From NCBI RefSeq assembly GCF_023055435.1, contig NW_025964001.1, positions 4,216,001 through 4,280,000 on the forward strand: a stretch of DNA of 64,000 nt, read 5' to 3'. The position numbers and the translations under genes were made by a program. The stretch comes from Haliotis rufescens. Its lineage: Eukaryota. Positions 13,721 to 26,600 of this stretch are shown one piece after another. How positions within the stretch are numbered: the first letter of the stretch is position 1; each line of letters begins with the position of its first letter. Below the pieces are notes generated by a model. It worked only from the letters and a program-made list of their open reading frames with translations, was not told where the DNA came from and ran no database searches.

Positions 13721-14524
13721 GTAAGTTTTTAGTAATCATCTACATCTTTTATATGGCAATAATATAACTGATAATATTATATGATTTTAAAATACTAAAT
13801 GAAATGATTATTTCAATATTGAGAGATTGGACAGTTTTGCCTAGGTTATGTTTGTTTTCATTTGCGAAAATGGAATCAGATATGGTTTCAGCTGGTTTTC
13901 CTTTTTGACACAAATCACGAATGGATCGATACGCTGTAAATATTCCCATGTAGTAAGGGCGAAACGTATTTGATTTTGCATCATTTGATTTTCACTTCGG
14001 ACTATTAGAAGCCAAAATCGTTAAAGCTAAGCCTGAGTCTTTTTTTTCTCTTTCGTAATTTGAATAATTTGCTTTGATAGTCATACAGGCGGGATGGTAC
14101 ATGAGTCTGAATAAAGGATACCTCCCATATATGAATAAAAACTAATTTTCAACTTTTTGATCACAAATATTAAAATATATATGACTCTTTACCAACTTTT
14201 GTTTATTGAATGAAGTTTGAAATGGTTAAACAAGACATGTCAATTGTAAACACAGGTGGATCATTGAGTTAATTATAAACCAGATCACTGAAATCAGTCA
14301 AAACCAGAAAGTAAAACATATCAAAGGTCACAATATCATGAACATGGTGAAGATAAAGATGCTAAAGCTGGTTGAGACAGGAAAAATAAGAATGGATACA
14401 TTTCTGGAAACAACATTCAGCTATTTGTATGTAAGTTAATTTCTTGATACACGAAGTGAAAGACATAATTATAATGTAGAGTTTTTAAAATGGACTATTT
14501 TTTCCTTTGTGCAGGTAAGCCAGG

Positions 14525-14662
14525 ATGAGTTGGGTAGCAGATGAATGGAAGGATGGGCTACCCCCACGGGCTCTACAGAAGATCGAACAGCTAGAAAAAC
14601 AGTTTGAACGCATTAAAAAAGAGAGAGAACAGAAGCAATTTCAGTTGGAGAGTTTGGAACAG
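14525..14662 (+). CDS. CENPF: CENPF coding exon 1
   Basis: ATG, MSWVADEWK...LESLEQ, donor GT at 14663. Confidence 0.92.
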
Positions 14663-17600
14663 GTTTGTTTTACATCTCATCTTCCATGATAATGGACATG
14701 TATGCGATAAACTAGTAATATTTGTAATTTTAGTGTGTTTCTTGGTTATATTGGTTGGTTTGTTTTACAATATTCATGATCATAACAGTGAAACATTTCC
14801 TTCAATCTCATAAGTTAATAGTGTTAGTATAGGGGCATCTTCAACAGTGTTCAATGCATTTTACTTTATTCTTTTTGAAGCTAGAGATTTTTTAGCATTG
14901 TTTTATGTGAGGGACTTGCAGCATTTTCAAATATATTTTGAAGATCAGCAACTGTCACTTTTCATTATCACTTTACATGCTTAAGGAAAAGCTTTATGTG
15001 AGGATTTATAATGAACAGGCATTACAAGCTCAGAAGCGGAAAACTGAGGAAGAAAAGAACCAACAAGGGGTGCTTAAACGTGAAGCGCAGTCTTTGTCTG
15101 AGACATGTGAGGACCTAGAGAAGAAGCGGCAGAAGCTTGCCCAGGATATTCAGACAAAGACAAATCATGTGTCATGTCTCGAAGGCCAACTGTCACATGC
15201 TAAGCAGTCACTGGATGCAGAGACTAACAAGGTACAAATCATATGAGTAACTGAGTGTTAATACAGTTAGCGTCCAACAGTACTCAGCACTGATGCTCTT
15301 TTACTGTTTATTTTTTTAATTCTTTTTAGCCTTTGAAGAAGTTCCCTAAGTTTTACCTTGAATTAAAATACTATCCACTCTTCATCTTTATTTAGTGTAT
15401 GGGGCATCGGTAGATCAGTTGTCTAATTGGCTGCAACGTGATGTGCAGATTTAAGCTGGCAAGGAGTTTGATTCTCTGATTAGCCATGACTATGAACCAG
15501 TCTGTCATCACCATACTCATGGTTGTGGATTTCACCAAGGTGGTAAAGCCTGATGATCAGTGTAGTGAAATAAGCACCTGACCGTAGTCCAGTGGTAGAT
15601 AGGTCTTGTGTTAGGCCTGTAGTCCTGTGGTAGATGGGTCTTGTGTTGGGCCTGTAGTCCTGTGGTAGATAGGTCTTGTGTTGGGCCTGTAGTCCTGTGG
15701 TAGATAGGTCTTGTGTTGGGCCTGTAGTCCTGTGGTAGATTGGTCTTGTGTTGGGCCTGTAGTCCTGTGGTAGATGGGTCTTGTGTTAGGCCTGTAGTCC
15801 TGTGGTAGATAGGTCTTGTGTTGGGCCTGTAGTCCTGTGGTAGATAGGTCTTGTGTTGGGCCTGTAGTCCTGTGGTAGATGGGTCTTGTGTTGGGCCTGT
15901 AGTCCTGTGGTAGATGGGTCTTGTGTTGGGCCTGTAGTCCTGTGGTAGATAGGTCTTGTGTTGGGCCTGTAGTCCTGTGGTAGATAGGTCTTGTGTTGGG
16001 CCTGTAGTCCTGTGGTAGATGGGTCTTGTGTTAGGCCTGTAGTCCTGTGGTAGATAGGTCTTGTGTTGGGCCTGTAGTCCTGTGGTAGATAGGTCTTGTG
16101 TTAGGCCTGTAGTCCTGTGGTAGATAGGTCTTGTGTTAGGCCTGTAGTCCTGTGGTAGATAGGTCTTGTGTTGGGCCTGTAGTCCTGTGGTAGATAGGTC
16201 TTGTGTTAGGCCTGTAGTCCTGTGGTAGATAGGTCTTGTGTTAGGCCTGTAGTCCTGTGGTAGATAGGTCTTGTGTTGGGCCTGTAGTCCTGTGGTAGAT
16301 AGGTCTTGTGTTAGGCCTGTAGTCCTGTGGTAGATAGGTCTTGTGTTGGGCCTGTAGTCCTGTGGTAGATAGGTCTTGTGTTAGGCCTGTAGTCTCAATT
16401 TAGTACAGGTCCTTATGGCCTGCTTAAGATTTATGTGTTGTTTTATTTGTCACAATAAGGTGCGGTTTTGAGGGCCTGAAGAGTTTAGTCAGGGCATGCA
16501 GCTTCTAAAGTCGATGGGTCCTAATGGCAACCTGACAATTTATTTTATTTGAAACACTGCCAATGACCTGTGGCTTTCCTCCCACATTAAGATGACATGC
16601 TATAATATGACTGAAATACTGACCAAACCAGTGCTAAACCCAACTTTTTCACTTTATCACTGTAACGGTATCTCAGTGGACTAGCGCTACAAAACCATCG
16701 ATTTTCATTCGAACAAGCAGACGTGCACACACACACATCACAGCATAAGTGCAATAATCTGGAACACAAGGCTCACCTCACCTCACCTCACCTCACCTCA
16801 CCTCACCTCACCTCACCTCACCTCACCTCACCTCACCTCACCTCACCTCACCTCACCTCACCTGCTGTTTCTGTCAGGTGTCCCAACTGAAGACAGAGCT
16901 AGACCATGCTCAACACGAGCACCTTGAAGCTGTCAAGAAGTTTGAGAAACTGACGTCCGACCACAGTCGCCTGCAGGAGTTCAGCAACCATCAGAAGAAA
17001 CAACTGGAGGACCGCATCCGTTCACTGGAGGCTGACCTGCGCCAGGATGGGCAGAGAATAGGTGGAAATGGAGGAGGGGGGAAACAGGTGCCCTCACCTA
17101 CCGCCATATCACCAAATGTGTCAAACGGTGAGTTTACATTCTGGTATATCACCGATTTTGCGCATCTTTTCTTAAATGCTACTAGATTATTATTATTACT
17201 ACTACTATTATTGTGTGTGAAGTTCTTGTAATGGTTTAATGGTCATCGAATCTGTGCTTACAGCTGAAATAAGTACATTGAAGAATCAACTAGCAGAGCT
17301 GACGTCACTCCGCCAAAAGGATCTAGATGATCAGAAGAAGCTGCAGGATGAACTCAAGACTTTGCAGTCACAGGTACAACTTTACCTACTGTTTGTGAAT
17401 GATATTATGGTTCTGTCTTACGCCGGATAGAATAAATATCTTGTCCCTAATTAGCCCTGCTAAAATCTTTATTAATTTCACATGTTACCATATACAGAGC
17501 TCAGGGTTGGTGGATGTTGTTTTCACCACAGTAAGCAATATTCCAGCTCTGTCACAGCAGCCTGTACATTATAGAGTCTAAACCATGCATGGGGGCACGG

Positions 17601-20600
17601 ATGACCCAGTCGTCTAAGGCGTTGCAATTCGCTGTGCAGAGCTGCATCCCTTGGGCATGGTAGAAACTTATGATTGTGGGTTCAATTCCTGGTTCGCCCC
17701 GATTATGTTTCTAGGTTTACCAGCACCATAACCATGCTCGTGGGTTTCACTGGAGTGGTTAACGTCAGGCCTGCATCGCTTCAGGCTTTTCTCCCACATT
17801 CAGCTGACACGCTGTGATATAACTGGAATACTGTTAAAAGCGGCATTAACCCAACTTTTGGTTTTGTTTTGTTTGTTGTTTAACGCTGCACTCAGCAATA
17901 TTACAGCTATATGACGGTGGTCTGTAAATAATCAAGTCTGGACCAGACAATCCAGTGATTGACATCATGAGCATCGATCCACGCAATTGGGATCAATGAT
18001 ATGCATCAACCAAGTCAGCGAGCCTGACCACCCGATCCCGTTAGTCGCCTTTTACGGCAAGCATGGGTTGCTGAAGATCCCGGATCTTCACAGGTCTCAA
18101 CCCAACTCACTCACTTACTCAATCACGAAACCATGCACACCAGTGACTGAAGTATAAGCACCGACACACACCACTGGGGCACTTACCATGTTTTAGGACT
18201 GAAACATTGTCAGCCAAGTCACTCTCACAAAAAGCATAGGTTACAGAGGACCAAATTGTACTCTTGAATCGCCACAGGTAAAGGTTGCTTTACATGACAA
18301 TCTTAACCTTACTGATTGTTTTTAAACATAGTTTGTGTGTATGAACATTTGCGAAATCAGAGAATCAGAGTTTGAGAATCAGTCTCTTGACAAACTGTTT
18401 GAATCGGCCTCTTTTGTCACCAATATTTTGGCGAACATTTGAGTGTTTTCACTTACTTGATTTTGACTTGTAAATGGTTGTCAAACATGTTGGTTGCCCA
18501 CAAGCAATCAGATACTGCCAAAATGTCACATGAGATTTACTTTGTCGACTACAAAATGGCGTTGGCATTTGTGACAAGTGAATAGGAACAAAGTAACAAC
18601 ACCTCATATTTGTCTTGCGAAAACACGAGTTGGCAAACCTTTTGGATTTTGCAGACCTGTTTTCACGCTTATGTCGCTTGCGTGGAGGAAAGGAACCTGT
18701 CATTGATTATCTTGATCTGTCTGTTTCCAGGCTGGTACTGATATGAGCAAGACTATCTCTGAGCTAGAGCACCTGCGCCGAGAGAATCAGAGCCTGACTC
18801 TGAAGCTGGAGAACCAGAGTGCCGCCACTAACAACCGCGTGCAGCAGATGGGACAGAGTCTTCAGGACAACCAGGGCATGACCGGCATGCAGCTCGACAA
18901 GATGGAGCAGGTCATGGGCAAACTTAAGAAAGAGAACGAAGGTGAACATCATGGCGGACACCTCTGGCATGGAGTCGGCACTGAATGATGGACACATTTA
19001 ATATAATTGTTGTCATTCTTATTATTAAAAGGGGTGTGACGATTCACTTACTTGACATAATGATACATATCGTATGCAAAATCTGGTCCTCCGTGCTAAA
19101 TTGTGCTCCAAAATTGTCATATACATTTTGTGATATTTCAGTTGCAATGACATATACCGTATTCGACGTAATAAGCGCCCAGGGCGCTCTCAAAATTATA
19201 AATAGGGGGCTCTTATTAGAATATTATTTTGGTGGAAAAAACAGGTGAAAGATAAATTTCGTGGTTTATGCTGACAGCCTGAAATGTTTATGTACGACAG
19301 ATATATTTTTCCAGAATTTAATTGCCCATAATTAAGGGTGCATATAACACATGATTGCGTATTATACGTGAATAAATAAGTCTTGTGTACAATGATCAAT
19401 CGGAAGGGGTGCTAATTTGGATTGTTCACTAGCTAATATGTTAGCAATTATCACCATGGGCGCTTATTACGTTGAATACGGTATATTGCATTTATTACCA
19501 ACATTTTTGCATAAAAGTTTTCATGTTCTATGTGATTCGGCTGATAAGAGGTTGTTGTAAACAGTGTTTGTGTTTAACTTTCATGACTAGTTTTTGGATA
19601 CCTCTGATGTGTTGTTTTTGTCCCCCAACCAGCAATCAAGAATGGCAGTGCTAACCTGGAACTACAGATCCAGGCAAAGACGAAGGAGCTGCATGACAAC
19701 AATGGTCGCCTGCAGAAGATGCAAGTGGAATTGAACAAAGCTGAGGCCATGGTTGGGGACAAGGAGAAGCAGGTCAACCAGCACCGCGACGAAATTGGAA
19801 AACTGAAAGTTCAGATTGAGCAGACAAACAACAAGGTAGTTGAACCATCCGGTCGAGTGAATGATGTGAGGCTAGCTGTTGCCTTTTGCTAATTGTGGAT
19901 TTTTGGCATTTTTATTTTCTTGATTTCCATGGAAACAATTTGACTTAGTCTCAAAAGTGGGGGTAGGTGTCGTTTCCGGAGCATAACTTGACATCTGTGA
20001 AAGATTTTTCATCCAAACATGGTACATGTATTATCCAAGGGCTGAAGTTGTGCCTTTTGCTATTTAGAAATTTTTCAAAATGATATTTTTCCCTGATTCT
20101 AAGTTAGCTGAAATGGAAGTATGTGTCGTTTACGGAACAGAACTATAAAACTATTCAACATTTTCATCCAAACTTGGTACATGTTTTAATCAAGGGCCGA
20201 AGTGGTATTTTGCTCTTTAGGAATTTAATATGTTTTATAAAAAAAAATCCTGTTTCCATGGCAACATGTTTGACTTGTCTCGACCATATCTAAAACTAAT
20301 AGGTATTCTTTTTTTAAACTGTGCACGCACAAAGACCAGGTTGTCAACTAGTGGCTTTTGCTATTTAGGGATGTTTAGAATTTATATTTTTTCATTTTCC
20401 ATGGCAACAAGTTTGATTTTGATGTGTACCCGACATAGAAATACAAAGTTCTGAATCCCAATACCGTGGTATTGTTTTGCTAGGGCAATGACTACTCTTT
20501 ATACGGACAGACATAGATAGAAATTCTTTCAACATGTTGGACTTATTGTAAAATAACAGTCAGATGGTTAATACTTTCAAATTTGTGAGGGCTACGGAGA

Positions 20601-23600
20601 TATGTCATCTTCTGATGACTCTTGGACACGTTAGACTCTATTTAGATCTTACTTTAGTAAATCAATATATGGATCATACATGTAATAATGAACTTGTTTC
20701 TCTGTTTTGCAAAGGTCTTGGACCTAGAAACAAAGAGCAAGAAGCTGCAGCTGGAGGTGGAAACGACGCGCCATAACGCTGATGCTGCTCGGATATCACA
20801 GGAACAGAAACTGAAGGAGCGAGAGAAGGAGTTGAACAAGGATATAGCTCAACACATGGATGCTGCTCGGGCTGGGGAGAGACTGCTGGCCGAGACGAAG
20901 AATAAGATGCAGCAGGAGATCAAACAGGTGAAGGTCTTCTCGAGCATGTCATTATACTGAATACCGCTGTGATCAATGTGACTAACCTTATCTGTTTGAC
21001 ATAGTGTGAAGTGAATCTCGCCCAGCAAGTTCCCATAACTGAATAATTGTGGAGCCCATGTTTTGCTGAGGTGGTGGGGTAGCTTTGTCGTTAAAGTGTA
21101 TGTTCTTGATGGCGAAGGCCTGGGTTCAATTCCAATCATGGGTCCCCATTCTCCCCTCACTCACCAATGTCTCTCTCCCAGCCCACCCCAACCCACCCCA
21201 CCCCACCCCCACCGCTGCCATTAGATGGGGTAGATTGCTGAATATGATACTCTGACATGTCATTGGTGACAGTTCCCATTATGGAGGTGTGTAATGTCTG
21301 TCACAATATGGAGTGTGTTGTCTGTGCCAGGGCGAGGCGGAGCAGAACCGCCTGAAGTCTCAGTGTGAGAAGCTGGAGCAGGAGAAACAGCAGCTGCAGA
21401 AGGAGAAGAAGGACCTGACAGACAAGCTGGCGGCCATTGACCACGCCCTCAAGACACACGATGCCTCCATAGCAGCCATGCAGAAAACTGTTGATGAAGC
21501 AATCGCTGAAAAGGTCAGTCTTTCTTTTCAGTTTCAGAACTTTGTCACAGAGGTCTGTAAATAATCAAGTCTTTTCCAGACAGACCAGGAATTGACAGCT
21601 TATGTTTATAGTTTTAATAAGGTCCAATGTGTTTTGATGTTTATAGTTTTAAAAAGGCCCAATGTGTTTTGATGTTTATAGTTATAATAAGGCCCAATGT
21701 GTTTTGATGTTTATAGTTTTAATAAGGCCCAATGTGTTTTGATGTTTATAGTTTTAATAAGGCCCAATGTGTTTTGATGTTTATAGTTTTAATAAGGCCA
21801 AATGTGTTTTGATGTTTATAGTTTTAATAAGGCCCAATGTGTTTTGATGTTTATAGTTATAATAAGGCCCAATGTGTTTTGATGTTTATAGTTTTAATAA
21901 GGCCCAATGTGTTTTGATGTTTATAGTTATAATAAGGCCCAAAGTGTTTGATGTTTATAGTTTTAATAAGGCCCAATGTGTTTTGATGTTTATAGTTTTA
22001 ATAAGGCCCAATGTGTTTTGATGTTTATAGTTTTAATAAGGCCCAATGTGTTTTGATGTTTATAGTTTTAATAAGGCCCAATGTGTTTTGTTGTAGAACA
22101 AGGTCCTCCGTGAGATGGAGGAGACGCAGAGAAAGATGGAGGCCACTCAGGAGCAGACAAACAAGATGAAGGAGACCACGGACCGAGTAGACCAGGCTAA
22201 CAATGATCTGCGGGCCAAGATGATGGACAAGGATCTTGAGCTTGAGAGTGCTACTGCTGAGTGTGAACGTCTGGCTGCCAGGCTTGAGGCCGAGACTGGA
22301 CAGATGCAGAAGAAGATGAAGGAGTTGGAGGCAGGAAAGGACGAAGCAGAGGCCGGCCTCTCCATGTCCAAGCTGGATGTTCTGAAACTTAACAAGCAGT
22401 TTGTGGACCTCAAGTCGGAGAAGCAGGGCGTGGAGCAGGCACTGGAGGAGAAGGAGAAGGAACTGGCTAAAATGACGGCCCAGAAATGTGAGATGGAGAG
22501 ACTTCATGATGGCATGAAGGGGCAGCTCGACCATCAGGCTGACCGGTTTGACAAGCTTGCCCGTGATCTGACTGAGAAAGAAAATGAACTTAAGGACCTA
22601 ACGAACAGTCTCTGTCAGCGTGATGCAGAGCTGCACAAGATGAAGAACCTGAACGATGAGAAGGATTTGACTCTTCAGAACAAAGCCTCCATGGTGGAAT
22701 CCAGGGAACAAGAAATTCACAGACTTAAGGACTCACTCAAGGAAATGGATGAGCAAATGTCAGAAAGGAAGAAGGACTTTGATATGGAGATCAAGAATGC
22801 AAAGGATTCCGTGAACCAAGCCCAGCAGGACATTGGTCAGTTGCAGAAGGAGCTGACCTCTACCAAGCATGAGTGGTCAACACTGAGGACACAGGTGGAG
22901 GAACTGAAATCTCAGTTGGACCACCAACAACAGTGCCTTGCTGAACGGGACGAGGAGAATGGGTCACAAAAGAAAGAAATTGAGAAGTTGAACCAAGAGA
23001 TTAAAGAGACCTGTCATTCTACAGAAGTAAGAGCCAAGTCCCTTCAGGAGGAAAAGAGCAAGCTTGAGAAGCACTATGAAGCTGTGTTGTGTGAAAAGGG
23101 GGAAGAAATGGAGTCTAAGGTGTCTGAAATGAATAAACTGATGCAAGAACTGGATAAGGTGAGGCACTGTTTCTCGGAACAGCAGAGGGAACATGACAAG
23201 TTGAAGTCCAAGCACAGGGAACTGAATGAAGAGAAGGACAATGTAGAGAAGACCTGTTCCGGCCTGGGTGAGCAGATCGAGGACCTGAACACCCAGATTT
23301 CTGACATCCAGACTGAACATCACACACAGATGCAGAATGTCAAGACCCAGTCTCAAACCATGCAGGACAGCTTTGACAGTAAGTGACAGCAGAGGCAAAT
23401 GATCCCTTCTACTTATCTTGTTTATCAAAATCTTTTTACACTAATTTTCTGGTTCACAGTCTCAATAAGATTATTATTATACCCCCGACCTAAAAGTTAT
23501 ACGAAGGAATTCCGTCAATCCGTCCTTCCAAGGACATTTTGTGTGTGCCACCTATGCCTCGAAAACTACTGCATTGATTCTTTGCAAACATAGTGAACAC

Positions 23601-26600
23601 TTGCTATATCAATAGGAGGTGCAAAGTTTGATTTCAATATTTGGATTTTCAGAAAAAGTACAGCTGTTTTACTTAAGCATTTGTGTGACCTAAATCTTGA
23701 AAATTACTGCTTGGATTCTTTTCAAATTTAACGAATAGCTTTCATACGAATAGAAGAGGTGCAGTGCAAAGTTTGATTTTGATATGTGGATTTTCTGAAA
23801 GAAATATGATTTGTTTCATGTTTTGAACTTAGAATGTGTTTTTTTTTACTTCAACATTTGTGCGACCTGTAACTTGAAAACTGCTTCATGGATTCTTTTC
23901 CAATTAGGGGCAGAGTTTCTATACCAATAGGAGAGATGCAGTGTAAAGTTTGATTTCGGGAAGTGGACTTTCTTTGAAGTCAGAAATATGTTGCAGTCTA
24001 AGTCGCGGGTATTAGTGAGCCCTGCTCACTATTTGCCATCAGTGTTATTCCAAATATATACCACATGAGCCTCAGTCTGGGCCAGGTAATCCAGTTGTTG
24101 ATATTGTGAGCAATGTTTCAGGTAGTGTGGGTATGGTGACACTCAATAAACTAAGAAATCCAGGTGACCACCTGATCCAATACAGTGACCTTACGACAAG
24201 CAATCAAGTGCTGTGACCTATTCTAGCGGGGGTCGTCGGATAGACTAGTTGTCGCGTTCGCTCGTCACGCTGAAGACCCGGGTTCGATTCCTGACATGGG
24301 TACAATGTGTGAAGCCCATTTGTGGCGTCTCCCACCGTGATATTGCTGGAATATTGCTAAAAGCGGCGTAAAATGTCACTCACTCACCTATTCTAGCCTT
24401 GGGCCCCATGAGGGTATTTATATCATTAAGACATGAACTGTGGTATGTTAGTTTGTATACAATCACTTTTTTAAGTGACCTTTTTCCTTTTTGAAGAATA
24501 TTTTTCAACATGGAGTTGGATGTTTCAGAACTAGAGGCAGAGCACAAGAGTGCCTGTGACAAGCTGTTGTCGGGAGACAACCGTATGACGGACCTGCAGG
24601 AGAATATGCAGGTGCTTGAACAGGAGAGGGAAGTCCTGGGGAAGAGGCTGGATCACTCCGAGAACACTATCAAGCAGTTGCAGGAGACACACAGGTACGG
24701 TCACCTTGTAACAGATGTTTTGTTCTCATTGACCCATAACTCCTGCCTGTGCGATGAATAGGTTATCATAACATTTGTTGTGTTGCAGTGAATGAGAAAA
24801 ATGGATTTTTTATTCCATGTGAAGGAAACCAAGAGAAATGCTATGTGAAACATAAAAATTAATATATTAGGCTAAAAACATAATAGTCTTGGTTCTCAGG
24901 CACTGCCCACATCATCATAAAGTTCATTGTATGTTTTCTTTTTATTTCCATTTTCAAAAAAATATAAAAATCCTAATACTTAAACACAATGCACCAAAAA
25001 AAAAATGAAAATGGAAACAAAAACAAAACGTGCAATGAACTTTATGATGATGTGGGCAGTGCCTGAGAACCAAGACTAATATATTCTTTAGCCTTAGCTA
25101 TGCATGATGAAATGTAATACAGTAAAAGTCTGGTGTAGGTAATGAAACTATCCATGTATCTAAACAGCCCTCATGATCCCCTTGTATCACAGTATATTTT
25201 GAAGATACTTCAGGAAATGCTGGCTGAATGTCTCTTTGTCCTGACTTTTACAATGTATGTTAATGGTTAAGCCTGATGATAAATTGTCTGACTTTGGTTA
25301 GATCAAGCAAGTTTTAATGTAAATTCCTTTCTGCAGCTCTCAGGATGTGACTATAGAGAAGTTAAAGGCAACTTTGGCTGAGAAGGAAGAGGCTCTTGAT
25401 CTTCTCACTCGGGAGTTTGAGGCCAAAACCGGCACTCTCCAGCACCAGGACAACCAGCTCAGAGGTATGGTGGACACTTTCTACACTGTCGTGTACACTT
25501 GTGTTGTCTAGGCCATAACTATTGCAGTAATTATCATTCATTGTTTCCTTCCATGACAAAGTTGTTGTTGACATTAGGCCCATCATGAATACTCAAATAA
25601 CCGGTTACGCTTTGATTAGAATTCCAAACCAGGTAAAAAATCGGCAGACTTGTTTTCATTATCCTAGTTTGATGTTAATAGTAATCATCGTCAGTTACAT
25701 TTATGAAACTATTGATATAATTATTGTCACAATCAGATGTATCCACACTAGAATAATAACAAAAAGACACGTGATCCGCACAGTTTCAGACAGTCTATCA
25801 ATGACGTAATCTGTTGCTTCCATATCACCGACAAACTCACTGCTGTCAAACACAGTGGAACATTACCCTGTATTGAATATAAAACAGTGAAATTTAACAC
25901 GAAATCTATTTCATTGACTGTCTTGGTCATACAAAAATAAAATGCTAACATGCCTGAACAAAATATGGAAGTTATAACCAACTGCATACTTTACAAGTCC
26001 CTATGCGTGTACACATGACCAGTCTATCGAACCATAAGTTGTGTGGGTTTGCTGGCTGTATTGAAGTCAGTCAGGAATTATTGTGGAGCCAATTGTTTTG
26101 TGTGGACAGTTGTCCCTTGCACTGTAGATGTTAATAATATACTACTCAAAAGAAGTTAAGGATCACCTGATTCTTTCATATTACTATAGTTAATCTCTCA
26201 TGTCATGACAGATTAACTTTACCATTATGAAAGAATCGGGTGATCCTTAACTTCTTTTGAGTAGTATATTTTGATAGCCTGAAATCAGATATGGAATGGT
26301 TTCAGTGAGAGCAGCAACCTGTTCCAGACTTTCAAACCGTGATGTCCTTAGTTGACGTGCTGTTAGATCATGCAGTGGTGTAGCTACAGCTTCATGAAAG
26401 TGACATATATTGTATTGCAAGGAACTCACGTTTCAGATTCACAAAGCCACTGGGAGGAGCAGGAGCGAAGACTGAGGGCCAGCTTGCAGGAGAAGAGTGA
26501 GGAGATGGCGGCCATGGGTCAGCATCTCATTCAGGTGGAGAAGGAACTGGGTGAGCTGAAGGAAGAGCACACCCGGCTCCTGGATTCGACACAGCAGAGC

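Noticed and set aside
15583-16393. Regular 35-bp repeat as a CRISPR array
   Set aside because: Units are contiguous with no unique spacers, there are no cas genes, and it lies in a eukaryotic intron. The same applies to 21602-22090.
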